A DNA stretch of 39,914 bases from Octopus bimaculoides (GCF_001194135.2 NC_068982.1:67915464-67955377); one strand, 5' to 3'; positions 23,293-35,490 are shown, counted from the stretch's first letter. Notes: a model not told the origin generated them from the letters alone. Translations and numbers: made by a program.

Positions 23293-25200
23293 GTAATACA
23301 TGATACTGTTACCCTCTTCAGAATAAATTCTTGTTTCCTGCTTCAGAAGGAAGAAATGCACAGAATATATATTTTATGATATAAAAGTATTTGTAACGTA
23401 AACATGACTTACTTTCTTTGCAGAGTAAATAAAGCTATATATAAAATGAATAAATTTAGATGAATTGTTGCTGAATTCCAGTAAGAACAGAAAAATCTAA
23501 CAACACTATTGTAGAATAAGAATATCAACATCGCTAGTCTGCAGGTTAGGTAATGATACAACGTAATGTAGATATTCCATACAGACCAAAATTTCATCAC
23601 TTTAATATAAAACACCTCCTGTTAGCTTACATTCACTCCTTGTGATCTGTCTTCACTCAACTATAGATATACTTACGAATATTTCATTGGCTCACGTTAA
23701 GACGTTCGACAATGATCGGTCTCAACATCGACTCTGTGTGTGAGTATGTGTGCGCGCGGATGTATGTGTGCGTAGATATATATATCTATAAAAATGTATG
23801 TATGGAAATGTATGTATTTATATATATATATATATATATNNNNNNNNNNNNNNNNNNNNNNNNNNNNNNNNNNNNNNNNNNNNNNNNNNNNNNNNNNNNN
23901 NNNNNNNNNNNNNNNNNNNNNNNNNNNNNNNNNNNNNNNNNNNNNNNNNNNNNNNNNNNNNNNNNNNNNNNNNNNNNNNNNNNNNNNNNNNNNNNNNNNN
24001 NNNNNNNNNNNNNNNNNNNNNNNNNNNNNNNNNNNNNNNNNNNNNNNNNNNNNNNNNNNNNNNNNNNNNNNNNNNNNNNNNNNNNNNNNNNNNNNNNNNN
24101 NNNNNNNNNNNNNNNNNNNNNNNNNNNNNNNNNNNNNNNNNNNNNNNNNNNNNNNNNNNNNNNNNNNNNNNNNNNNNNNNNNNNNNNNNNNNNNNNNNNN
24201 NNNNNNNNNNNNNNNNNNNNNNNNNNNNNNNNNNNNNNNNNNNNNNNNNNNNNNNNNNNNNNNNNNNNNNNNNNNNNNNNNNNNNNNNNNNNNNNNNNNN
24301 NNNNNNNNNNNNNNNNNNNNNNNNNNNNNNNNNNNNNNNNNNNNNNNNNNNNNNNNNNNNNNNNNNNNNNNNNNNNNNNNNNNNNNNNNNNNNNNNNNNN
24401 NNNNNNNNNNNNNNNNNNNNNNNNNNNNNNNNNNNNNNNNNNNNNNNNNNNNNNNNNNNNNNNNNNNNNNNNNNNNNNNNNNNNNNNNNNNNNNNNNNNN
24501 NNNNNNNNNNNNNNNNNNNNNNNNNNNNNNNNNNNNNNNNNNNNNNNNNNNNNNNNNNNNNNNNNNNNNNNNNNNNNNNNNNNNNNNNNNNNNNNNNNNN
24601 NNNNNNNNNNNNNNNNNNNNNNNNNNNNNNNNNNNNNNNNNNNNNNNNNNNNNNNNNNNNNNNNNNNNNNNNNNNNNNNNNNNNNNNNNNNNNNNNNGTA
24701 TTAATACATTTGTATTGAAATATTTTTCATTGTTGACTTCTTCACTGTTCTCAGTTCCGTTAACGGCTTGGCGTTCGGGCGAGTATACTTGGCATTGATG
24801 TGGCAACATTTCAAATGTTGTCTAGGTGAATGCAGCTGATGAGGACTAATCAGATTTACGTTGTGAAACGTATTTGAAAAGTCTGAAACCTAGGTATTGC
24901 ATTATCCTTAATCTGGGTTGTTCATTTTCGGATGTTCTTCCTAAGGTAAGACAAGTTTTTCATGTTTTGTTGCACACACGCATTTTTGCCAGTATATACG
25001 CAGTGAAGCTATACAATAGCGTCGTTTTTATATCGATTGCTATTCTCCAGCAAATATCGGTACCTTGTTGTACCATTCTTATGAATTTATATATATATAT
25101 ACATATACATATATATATATATATACTGTGTGTGTATGTGTGCGTAGATATATATGTATAAAAATGTATGTATGGAAATGTATGCATTTCTATATATATA

Positions 25201-25742
25201 TGATTTTAAATTCTCAATCGCAGAATAATACTAATAATATAGCCTGAACAGGATAAACTACCCCTATTTTGCAGAAAAAAGTGTAGGTGGCTAGCTGTGG
25301 ACTCGAACTCATATCCCCGTGATTACGCGTCACCATGCTTTGACCGATTAAGCTAAACTACCCCACTACAAATTCCTCTGCAAGTATAGAAATCTCGCTT
25401 TATGAGACGCTATCATATGTTAAATTCAAATTACGACAAACGTAAATAAACAAACGAACTTTCTAAGACATCTCAACGCTTGTTTATTTACGTTTGTCGT
25501 AATTTGAATTTAACATATGAAAGCGTCTCATAAAGCGAGATTTCTATACATCTTAAATTTGCAGAGGAATTTATAGTGGGGTAGTTTAGCTTAATCGGTC
25601 AAAGCATGGTGACGTGTAATCACTAGGATGTGAGTTCGAATCCGCAGCTAGCCACTTACACTTTTTTTCTGCAAAATAGGGGTAGTTTATCCTGTTCAGG
25701 CTATATTATTAGCATTATCCTGCGTTTGAGAATTTAAAATCA
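25201..25742. repeat. Foldback (long inverted repeat) with a tRNA-like head in each arm
   Basis: Arms 25201-25453 and 25480-25742 are near-perfect reverse complements around a 26-nt spacer. Each arm contains TAGCTTAATCGG and GAGTTCGA(A/G)TCC boxes. Confidence 0.92.
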
Positions 25743-25999
25743 CTTCTTTAACTTTCTAAAGACATCTCAACGCTTCTAAAAGCAAACTTCGTTTGTTTAT
25801 TTCCGTTTGTCGTAATTTGAATTTAATATATATATATATTTATATATATATACGCGCGCGTGCATGTGCGTATATGTATATGGGCGTGTGTGTGTGTATG
25901 TGTGTGTGCAAATATATATATATGGATAGATAGATAATATCTGGTGTTTCATTGTCTCTTCACTCGACGCTTCCAGAGACTCGACGCACTATTAAAAGC

Positions 26000-28520
26000 A
26001 TGACACTAAGCCACTACTACATCCACACTAAAACTTTCCTTACTGTAGTATTTCTAGTCCATATTTTCACCGAAAATCAGAAATTACTCAAATATCTTCT
26101 GATAGTAAAAACAACAGCCGCGAACCATATAACCGTATCCAACAGCGGAAACATAGCATCTTCAGGAACCAATTCTCTTTTAACCATCATGAATCTGGCA
26201 AAAGAAATCCCAAAACAACTTTTTAGCTTTCCCGCAATAACAATTACCCGGCTGCACAATCACCCACCATTGCTCTCATTAACCCACAAACCAAAATCAA
26301 TAAAAATGTAGAATGTACAGCGTATCTCACACTTCACTTATCGAACAAAAGTATCATATCTCAGAGACAATGCATACAGAGAAAAGTCAATATGTATAGC
26401 ACTAAGTGAAAGACACTTGACCCCAAACATACTGGATGCTCAGATTATCTGCCAAACAGAATTGAACGCAGAATACGGAAACAAGTGAGGATAGAACTCC
26501 TTATCTCTCCCACTCCAACACGGTGTGCGATACACCAATACATATAATCGACTTCAATTTGATCATAAGCATTACCCGCATCAAGAGGACGGGAGATCAA
26601 TGCCTATGATCAAATTGAGGTCGATCACATGATTTATTGGTGTATCGCACATTGTGTTGGAGTGTAACATTTGTTAATAGGAGATGATATTTGTTACACA
26701 GAGATCACTATTGGGATACTTTGTCACTCAACAGTCAAGACCCAAGTGATTCCAACCTACATGCAAATGTACTTTTAGCGGGACGTTTTAGTTTTCCTAA
26801 TCTCAGCTGACCTGAGTGTTATATCCAGCTTGGAAAGAAAAACAACTACACAAGAGAGATATGGACGCTCTCCTCGATACCACTAACGATTTCATCCTGC
26901 AACAAGTTATTACTTCTTTTACTAGGAGAAATCAAATACGTTGTACAGTATTTAACTCCAATACATACTTCATTCACAATATTCAGGTCATTCCAACAGC
27001 TATTTCTGATTGCAATATGATAAAATGATTTGTATATGGTTTAAAAAAGGCCCGTATAAACTCGAGTATTCCTGCAAGAACTTGAGACAACGAGATAGAC
27101 GGACAATAATGCGTAACACAACTAAACTCGCAAGACAACTAAAAAAAAGAACGCTCTCTCAACAGATGACATTGCAAAAAAAAACCCCAGAAAACATTGA
27201 AGTAGACCTAAAAATATCTTATAAATAAACAAACTCTGCTGGTGGAACACCGAGCAGTGGAGAAAATAAAGAAAAATCATAAGTTGTTTTTCCAATTTGC
27301 TATACAAGATTCATCTACACATAACCAAATTGTCCCTCTAATGGACCAACATGTATCATCTACTAATGATTCAGCACAAATAGTACACAATTGAGTTAAC
27401 AGTATAACGTGCATTTTCCCGACATATGATTAGCAAATAATGCATAATCCAAACTAATTTTTTATTCCTATAATTACACTGCAGAAACACATCTAGAAAT
27501 TTGTGATATTATGGAAGATGATATACTTGCAGTTATTAATGAACGATATTTAGACGCGGCGTCAGCACCAAATCACCTCCTACCTCAATATTTATTATCG
27601 AGTAAAACAGCATCGTCAACCTATTAAAAAGGCTATCTAAAAAGTCACTAGAAACTGGCATATTCCCAGAATTACTAGACAATAGTAACACTTACACACA
27701 AAGGAGGTAGCGGTGCGGGAACTAGAAATTACAGACCTGTTTTTCTCAACCTTCACACATCTAAAATTGTAGGGAACGTTCTCCGAAAAAAATAATTACG
27801 TACCTTGAAAAAAACAACCTCCATAGATGACATCCAGCATGGTCATTAGAGTAGACGAAATTTCCTGACACAACTATTACAGCACTATAACACATTTTCC
27901 TATAATCTCTTGAGAGGAATGGACACTAACTGCATATAATTTTGCTAATACGTTTCACAAGATTAAGCATGGAATCATCTGTCATAGGATAAGGTACTTT
28001 GGCATCACAGGAGAACTAGGAGAATGCTTTTTTCACTTCTAACGGGGTAGGAATCAATCTGTTACTGAAATCAATCTGTCTGCAAAATCATCTGTAATGA
28101 GTGGTATACCTGAGTGCACGGTTCTAGGACCATTCTTATTTATCATCACTCTATCATAATAACTTTACATGTGCAGTCGGCCCTTGTAATGAGTTACACC
28201 GATGATACAAAAATAATGATGGCTGTATCAAACTCTAGATGTCGTCACACTCCAAAATGAGTGACAGCTGTTTCATCAACGGGCAGACTAAACAATATGA
28301 AATTTACTATCAAGATTTCAGGTTGTGCATTACGGAGGGAATATGCGCTAATCACATTATTTGACATTAGATAACACAATGATTAAAGCGTTAATTACAT
28401 ACGGGAATTTAGTGTCATCATATCAAATGATGCATCTTTCATCAGTCACATCACCTAACTGACCTCTAAATGCAGATATCTCATAGGTATCTCATAGATA
28501 TCTCACTCACCCCAGAGAAA
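26000..28520 (+). mobile_element. Decayed CR1-like LINE (APE endonuclease plus RT)
   Basis: IALSERHLTPNILDAQII (~26395), KGGSGAGTRNYRPV (~27700), SGIPECTVLGPFLFI (~28100) and SYTDDTKI (~28190); many stops. The 5' boundary is approximate. Confidence 0.85.
26511..26664. mobile_element. Hairpin MITE-like insertion inside the LINE
   Basis: Arms 26511-26573 and 26599-26664 are reverse-complementary (cactccaacac..tgtgcgatacaccaata...atcgac.tcaatttgatcata.gcatt). Confidence 0.7.
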
Positions 28521-29195
28521 TATAAAATGCATTACCGGAATATAACAGATAAATTTTTGTCTCACACATCTTTATCATTAAGATGAAATATTGACTATCC
28601 ATATGCTCTCTTCATTATAGTTTTTGACAATCATTAAATGTTTCAAATCGTCTCTAAAATCAAACACAAAAGTGCAATATAAGCCTTGAGCTGAAAACAG
28701 CAATTTAATATGAATTTCCAAAATAAAAAGTTTTGTTATTTCTCACACAGGTTCTTATAGACACCATGGCAAAGAGGAGAATCGCGAAGAGGAAAATCGA
28801 GATGAACGTGATCAGTTCTTTCTTGCCTGAAGCTGGTTTATTCATATTTGCTTTACTGATTTCTGGCAGGCGTCATTTTGATCTATTGCTGATTTATTGG
28901 CAATGTTTCTCTTTCGTCTCACATAAACAGTTAAATTTATACATAAAATATGTTCGTCTATTTATTAAAGTTTCTTTGTTAGTGTAGTTTCAACTTTTTG
29001 ACAAAATATAGTTTCTTTTTATCTTATGCTTTTTGTGTTTTGCCGCAGTAACAGTTATTCATTAGCTCTAGAAAACGTTTTCTGTGAAAACAATGAACTA
29101 CGATGGAAAATGCGTGTGCAAGCGTGGCAATAGTTTTAATAAATTATGCCTAGAAAAATATAGAAGTGTATCTATGTAATAGTTTCTATGCATAG

Positions 29196-29370
29196 CCGGA
29201 AGAATGGCTGTGTGGAAAGAAGCTCGCTTCCCATCCACACTGTTCTGGGTTCAGTCCCACTGCGTAACATGTTGGGTAGGTACCTTCTACTATAGCCGCG
29301 TGCCGACCAAACCCTTGTGAATGGATTATGTAGACGGAAACTAAAAGAAACCCGTCGTATAAATATATGT
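29196..29370 (+). mobile_element. tRNA-derived SINE head plus central domain
   Basis: tggctgtgtgg A-box-like and gggttcagtccc B-box-like sequences, then ccttctactatagcc...gacggaaactaaaagaaacccgtcgtat and a TG tract. Confidence 0.75.
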
Positions 29371-29372
29371 GC

Positions 29373-29412
<40 letters not shown>

Positions 29413-29812
29413 ATGGGGTATACTTATGCAAACAGCAGTCGGAATGTTTGATGGTATATACATTGCTTCCTGAAGCTTGAATTAAGCTATCAGTGTCCCA
29501 CCAAGCAGCTTTGAATAAGATATCTTTGTGTAAATTCCCAACAAAAAGTGTATTTTCAAATGTCTAAGGGGAGAATTTTCTCATGGGACAATTCTGGCAG
29601 CAATAGATGTTACACGAATATATTCTATAATTCTTCTACTTGTTTCAGTCATTTGCCTGTGTCCATGCTGGAGCACCGCCTTTAGTCGATCCCAGGACTT
29701 ATTCATTGTAAGTCTAGTACTTATTCTATCAGGTGTCTTTTGCCGAACTGCTAAGTTACGGAGACGTAAACACACCAGCATCGGTTGTCAAGCGATGGTG
29801 GGGTGACAAATA

Positions 29813-29878
<66 letters not shown>

Positions 29879-29889
29879 CATACAGATAA

Positions 29890-30270
29890 GGAAATAATTT
29901 TATTCTCAAACGCAAGATAATGCTAATAATACACCATGAACAGGATAAACTATTCATATTTTGCAGAAAAATCTGTCGGCGACCAGCCATGAGAGTCGAA
30001 CTCACATCCCTGTGATTACACGTCCAGTGATTTACCATTTAGTGAAACTGACCCAACGACAAATTCTTCTGCAAATTTAGGTTATATAAATCTATCTTTA
30101 TAAGACGCTATCATACGTTAAATTCAACATACGTTGAAAGTCAACAAAGTTTGCTTAAGAAGCGTTGAGATGTATTGAAAGATAAGGAAATCATTTAATT
30201 CTCAAACGCAAACTTTGTTGACTTCCTAAAGCAAACTGTGTTGACTTTCAACTTAAGTTGAATTTAATGT
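29890..30270. repeat. Diverged relative of the 25201-25742 repeat family
   Basis: Shares ttctcaaacgca.gataatgctaataat, tgaacaggataaacta, the tRNA-like segment (reverse), gacgctatcata.gttaaattcaa and gcgttgagatg. Confidence 0.75.
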
Positions 30271-30462
30271 ATGTATGTATGTATATATATATATGAGAGG
30301 TATTGGTATCCAGAAGTCCCAAGGTGGCAGGTAACGCTACGTAAGTGCTATGGAAGGACCGTAGTTAAGCTCTCGGTTCGAAAACGATACAAGTGAGGAG
30401 TCTAATGCAAGTCTTGTGTGAGCATGTATATGATAAAAAAAAAATGAGACAACAGAGCCATG

Positions 30463-31237
30463 GCTGTGTGGAATTTTCAGGATATTTATAAAGTGACAGT
30501 TTAACAGCTGTTTCTGGGTTATTAGGGATATCCCTTTATCAGAGACGATGTGAGATGGTTAAATAGAGGAAAACTTTAGAATTCAATATGAGGAGTTATT
30601 TTGGAAAAGGAAGCCAAATAAGGAGTATTTAGGGAAATGGGAGGATGCACGTAGAAATAAAAATAAAAACGTATAAAGATATTGTAGTTGCAGTTCCATT
30701 ATCCAAGGAAAGTGGTGTGTAGAAGTGGTAGAAATACTTCCTGTCCGTGGTATGTAAATTCCAATAAGAGATCGTATTTTGTCATTGCAAATGGAAAGTG
30801 TGGAGACGTAGATTCCATGTGCTGTTCATTCAAAGGGGTCTTGTGATACGAATGAAAATTTGAGAATGTAGAGGTAATATTAAATGGATAGAGAGGGCAG
30901 AAGAAATGTGCATGTTAAAATGAAGAGAGTGGTCAAAGGAAAAGGTGAGAAAAGAAGGAAAATGAAAACAAGAAGTGAAAATGAAAAAATGAAATTGAAA
31001 AAAGTTTTTTCACTTTTCTTTTTTTTTTCTTTTGATAATGGAACTGCAACTAAAAATCTATTTCCCTATATACTCCTTATTTGCTTCCTTTTCCAAAATA
31101 ACTCATTTCCAACCCTAACATTTCCTTCTATTTAACCATCTCACATCGTCTCTGATGAAGGGATATCCTTAATATCCCAGAAACAGCTGTAAGACTAAGT
31201 GTCTCTTTATAAATGTCCTGGAAATTCTACACAGCTT
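30463..31237. mobile_element. Inverted repeat pair of Penelope-like pseudo-LTR type
   Basis: ~30463-30710 is the reverse complement of ~31030-31237, and both carry a hammerhead-like motif. Confidence 0.7.
31148..31195 (+). ncRNA. Type I hammerhead ribozyme motif (Penelope-associated minimal type)
   Basis: Stem I GTCT/AGAC, core CTGATGA, stem II GGGATAT/ATATCCC, GAAA, palindromic stem III ACAGCTGT, and a GUA cleavage triplet. Unpaired A residues flank stem II. Confidence 0.7.
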
Positions 31238-32102
31238 TGGCTTTGTTGTCTCCTTTTATTCAACACACACAAACACACACACANNNNNNNNNNNNNNNNN
31301 NNNNNNNNNNNNNNNNNNNNNNNNNNNNNNNNNNNNNNNNNNNNNNNNNNNNNNNNNNNNNNNNNNNNNNNNNNNNNNNNNNNNNNNNNNNNNNNNNNNN
31401 NNNNNNNNNNNNNNNNNNNNNNNNNNNNNNNNNNNNNNNNNNNNNNNNNNNNNNNNNNNNNNNNNNNNNNNNNNNNNNNNNNNNNNNNNNNNNNNNNNNN
31501 NNNNNNNNNNNNNNNNNNNNNNNNNNNNNNNNNNNNNNNNNNNNNNNNNNNNNNNNNNNNNNNNNNNNNNNNNNNNNNNNNNNNNNNNNNNNNNNNNNNN
31601 NNNNNNNNNNNNNNNNNNNNNNNNNNNNNNNNNNNNNNNNNNNNNNNNNNNNNNNNNNNNNNNNNNNNNNNNNNNNNNNNNNNNNNNNNNNNNNNNNNNN
31701 NNNNNNNNNNNNNNNNNNNNNNNNNNNNNNNNNNNNNNNNNNNNNNNNNNNNNNNNNNNNNNNNNNNNNNNNNNNNNNNNNNNNNNNNNNNNNNNNNNNN
31801 NNNNNNNNNNNNNNNNNNNNNNNNNNNNNNNNNNNNNNNNNNNNNNNNNNNNNNNNNNNNNNNNNNNNNNNNNNNNNNNNNNNNNNNNNNNNNNNNNNNN
31901 NNNNNNNNNNNNNNNNNNNNNNNNNNNNNNNNNNNNNNNNNNNNNNNNNNNNNNNNNNNNNNNNNNNNNNNNNNNNNNNNNNNNNNNNNNNNNNNNNNNN
32001 NNNNNNNNNNNNNNNNNNNNNNNNNNNNNNNNNNNNNNNNNNNNNNNNNNNNNNNNNNNNNNNNNNNNNNNNNNNNNNNNNNNNNNNNNNNNNNNNNNNN
32101 NN

Positions 32103-32313
32103 ATTATATTCAACAAAAACAATAACAATATTTAACAAAAACATCTTTAAATGACGATTTGACCGTCTGCCAAGCAAATAGGAAGCAGTAATTGAAGTAG
32201 ATGGTGAATATGCTCCGGAATAATCATTTAAAGATGTTTTGTTACATGTTGTTATTGTTTTTCTTGAATAAAATTTGTTGAAAAGAAACCGCAATAATTA
32301 TGCACCAACCCAA
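32103..32313 (+). mobile_element. mariner 3' end and right TIR remnant
   Basis: LPSK*EAVIEVDGEY-like tail followed by aaaccgcaataattatgcaccaacccaa and TA; the left part is lost in an N gap. Confidence 0.7.
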
Positions 32314-33100
32314 TAGTTACATGCAATGCTAGCTGGCGATGATTCACCTTATTTTGTCTTTGATATTGACAGCATTTCTGTCACGTGCCTGTACCATCAA
32401 CAATCATATTTCATCCTCTCAACTTCTATCTCACGCAAAACCTATCAGCACAAATCCCATCTTTCCCACTCTAACTCCACTACTTTCATATCTTTCCCGA
32501 AACCCATCCCTTCCTTCAGACATGGAGACAAAATCTATACCACAGACTTCTTCACATATACTCTATGAAATGTCATATACTGTCTAAAGTCCCACATCTC
32601 TAACGCGTTCATAGGGCAAACCGTTGCTTGATTTAAAGAGCATTAGTTGCATGTCCAGTGAAATAGCAATGAATCACTAAAATCTGACACCTGCAACTTT
32701 AATATTCCAGGCCACACATCATACTGTTTCTGGCCTATATAAATTCAAAGTTAATTTTTCGCTAATAGACAGCCTGTTGTTGAGAAATCAATAATTGACT
32801 AAACATATTCTACCCTCTACACACTGCTAAACATGGAGGATTGCAATGCACATTATTCTACTTCTATACATATATTCACACCCTTCCTTTTCAGATCCAG
32901 GAAATACTTCCCCACCCCTTAAACTATTATCATTTATAGTAAGAGTTCATAAAGGAGTATTGCTCCTACATCTGGGACACTGCTACTGTCACACGAACTG
33001 TAAACCTGTATCTAAAAAAAATTCTATCAGATTCTTTCCTTCTCCTAAATAAGCGAAGTAAATTACTAGAACAGACTCGGAAGTTTAATTGCTTTTTATA
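32314..33100 (+). mobile_element. Decayed Penelope-like element, copy 2 (duplicated with the gene unit)
   Basis: Colinear with 11512-12400 from 'atagtta' onward, with a ~130-bp internal deletion near 32535. Confidence 0.65.
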
Positions 33101-34052
33101 TTCAGTACATTCTACTGATGATGAAGACTTTTCATATCTAAAGGCCTGCATTTCCCACAAATTAGACTGAAGGCAAACTGAGTTTAAGTAAAATAAAATA
33201 AAAGTACAATAGATATAATATATGGAATGTTGTTTTCCGCATTTTATTAAAAAGGAATTATGGAGGTAACTGGATCGTTGAAATTGAAATGGTTCCAATC
33301 TTTAATAGAATTTACTGGTTAAATGTTACGTGAGGTTTTCTTCCTACTACCATATTTAACTATTGTCATGATTTCTGGAATAGCTAGCCGCCATTCGCAA
33401 ATAAAAAGAGGCTTCATAACATGTATTCTGGTTGTTCGAATTCGATAAGTATTTATATAGTTACAAGCAGGCATAGACGAGCCATCGGTCTTACATCAAT
33501 TGTGTAACAGATGGAGAATGTGACAGCTGCACCAGCACCCAACAGATACTCATTAGAGCAATGGGAAATGAAGTACTTTCCTTCAGGGCACAATTTAATG
33601 TCTTGTCCAGGAATCGAGCTCACCACCTTAACATCATGAGCCAATCAACACAAGCACCAGGACACGTGATAATGATTTTCGGTGCTCTAATATATTTCTA
33701 ACTCCCATCTTTTAACTGTGTGAAAATATTGATCATAAACTTGTTGCATTGGTCTTCCCTTAATATTAAGAGATACAGCGAAGGATATCAAAATAATCCA
33801 ACGCACATTTCCAACGATAAGTGATTAAGAAGTGGTACATTTTACAGTCTAAGTAATATAATCAATTAGACTTGGTCGTAAAACACTTAATCTGTAATCA
33901 GCAGATGTATCAACAATATGTGCAATATACGTTGTACTGAGATTACTTACTAATGCACGATGGGTTAGCAAAGGATTGATGAATCTGCAGCCAAACACGC
34001 GCACGACTTGAGAATGTTGCAGAACAATGACAGAATCAATGATATAAACTGT

Positions 34053-34060
34053 TATAAAAG
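34053..34060 (+). promoter_or_regulatory. TATA box of gene 3
   Basis: TATAAAAG 52 nt before the ATG; a second TATAAA lies 10 nt upstream; position homologous to genes 2 and 4. Confidence 0.65.
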
Positions 34061-34104
34061 TGAGATGAAACAGACAAGTAATTTCACCATCGAGATTTTT
34101 CAAC

Positions 34105-34437
34105 ATGGTCAAAACTGTCTGCTTGATTTATACAGTCCTCCTAGTTGGACTTCTGAATAGTTGCATTGCAAGAAGTGCAATTTTGAATGCAGATGCTGAA
34201 GGTGCTGGTGATGCTTCTTCTCTAGAAGCACGAAGGGAAATTTTGTATGAAGATTATTTGTCTGCAAATGGGCGTGCTAGAGGCGCTGGTGATGACTTAT
34301 CTCTAGAAAAACGTTTACTACCAAAATCTAAAGAAAAGTGCCGTTGCACTCCAAGTAATGCCGGACAACGAGGTTTTTCAGGATCACGTCCACAGTGCCT
34401 TTGCCCTGGAATGAAGGGTTATCGACCTGGAAGATGA
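34105..34437 (+). CDS. Secreted prepropeptide (cluster gene 3, 110 aa); predicted mature LLPKSKEKCRCTPSNAGQRGFSGSRPQCLCPGMKGYRP-NH2
   Basis: 22-aa hydrophobic signal, EARR and EKR processing sites, a 4-Cys CxC-X16-CxC cargo, G-R-stop, and TATAAAAG at 34053. The first 70 aa are 55/70 identical to gene 4 (hand count). Confidence 0.92.
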   Translation: MVKTVCLIYTVLLVGLLNSCIARSAILNADAEGAGDASSLEARREILYEDYLSANGRARGAGDDLSLEKRLLPKSKEKCRCTPSNAGQRGFSGSRPQCLCPGMKGYRPGR

Positions 34438-34689
34438 TGCTTCAAGAAAAACGGTGTTCTCGGTTTTCTGAAATATAATTAATCTTCTGAAAATCTTTAA
34501 AAGTATCGTATACAATGAAACGTATTATGGCTTTATGTTTTAATTTACAGATCACATCCAAACTGACATAGATAGAACACCGAGATGTTTAAATTCTCTT
34601 TCTAAACATTTTGTATTCTTATGTTACAAAAATATTAACAAAATATTTTGATTCGACTCATTTTTACGCAGATATAAACAATCTTTTAT

Positions 34690-35343
34690 TTTTTCACTTG
34701 TTTCAGTCATTAGACTGCAGCCATGTTGCGCCAACACATTGAAGAAATTTTAGTCGAATGAATCGATCCCATTACTTTCTTTTTTTTTTAGGCCAGGTAA
34801 TTATTTTGCTGAACCGTTAGGTTACGGGAACGTTAACATACCAACACCAGTTATCAAGCGATGTAGGTAAATTACAAGCACAAGGACACACACGCACACA
34901 CACACTCACGCACACACAAACTCACACACACACACAAACTCACACACATACACACAAAGACACACACAGATTCACACACACACACACACACACATACATA
35001 TTCACACGCACTCATACTCACTCACACATACGCGTATACGATATATATATATATATATATTTGTATATATATATACATGTGTGTGTGTGTGTATGTGTAT
35101 GTATATATTCCAATCAAATGAAAGAACAATAAAATCAAGAATAGTAAACGACAAAAGGAAGTGCACAAGGAATGTATTCGACGCTCAGTAGNNNNNNNNN
35201 NNNNNNNNNNNNNNNNNNNNNNNNNNNNNNNNNNNNNNNNNNNNNNNNNNNNNNNNNNNNNNNNNNNNNNNNNNNNNNNNNNNNNNNNNNNNNNNNNNNN
35301 NNNNNNNNNNNNNNNNNNNNNNTGTGTGTGTGTGTGTGTGTAG

Positions 35344-35383
<40 letters not shown>

Positions 35384-35490
35384 GTGATACTTCTTTTCAG
35401 AGTCCATCTACCAAATCCACTCACGAAAACTTGGTCGGGCCCCAAGCTATAGTAGAAGACACTTGCCCAACGAGCTATGCAGTGAGACTG
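34690..35490 (-). mobile_element. SINE with an expanded internal microsatellite, downstream of gene 3
   Basis: Central-domain part at 35385-35490 (reverse of the 29196 type), tail at 34690-34880, and CA/TA tracts plus an N gap between them. Confidence 0.6.

Noticed and set aside
23385-23460. TATAAAAG followed by aaacATG, resembling a fifth cluster gene
   Set aside because: Spacing is only ~16 nt, and the short reading frame has no signal peptide or family motifs.
23839-24697. Large N gaps (also 17465-18203 and 31283-32102) possibly hiding further gene copies
   Set aside because: They are flanked by microsatellites and lack the shared upstream or 3' gene blocks at their edges; not testable without long reads.
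24835-24885. Additional hammerhead-like words (CTGATGA...GAAACGTA here; weaker ones at ~14387, ~14870, ~21690, ~23700 and ~38729)
   Set aside because: Stems I and II cannot be closed or core bases are mutated; probably decayed Penelope termini.
25578-25657. Possible tRNA-Thr gene
   Set aside because: Acceptor and T stems are mismatched, position 33 is not U, and it is embedded in a repeat family; treated as tRNA-like only.
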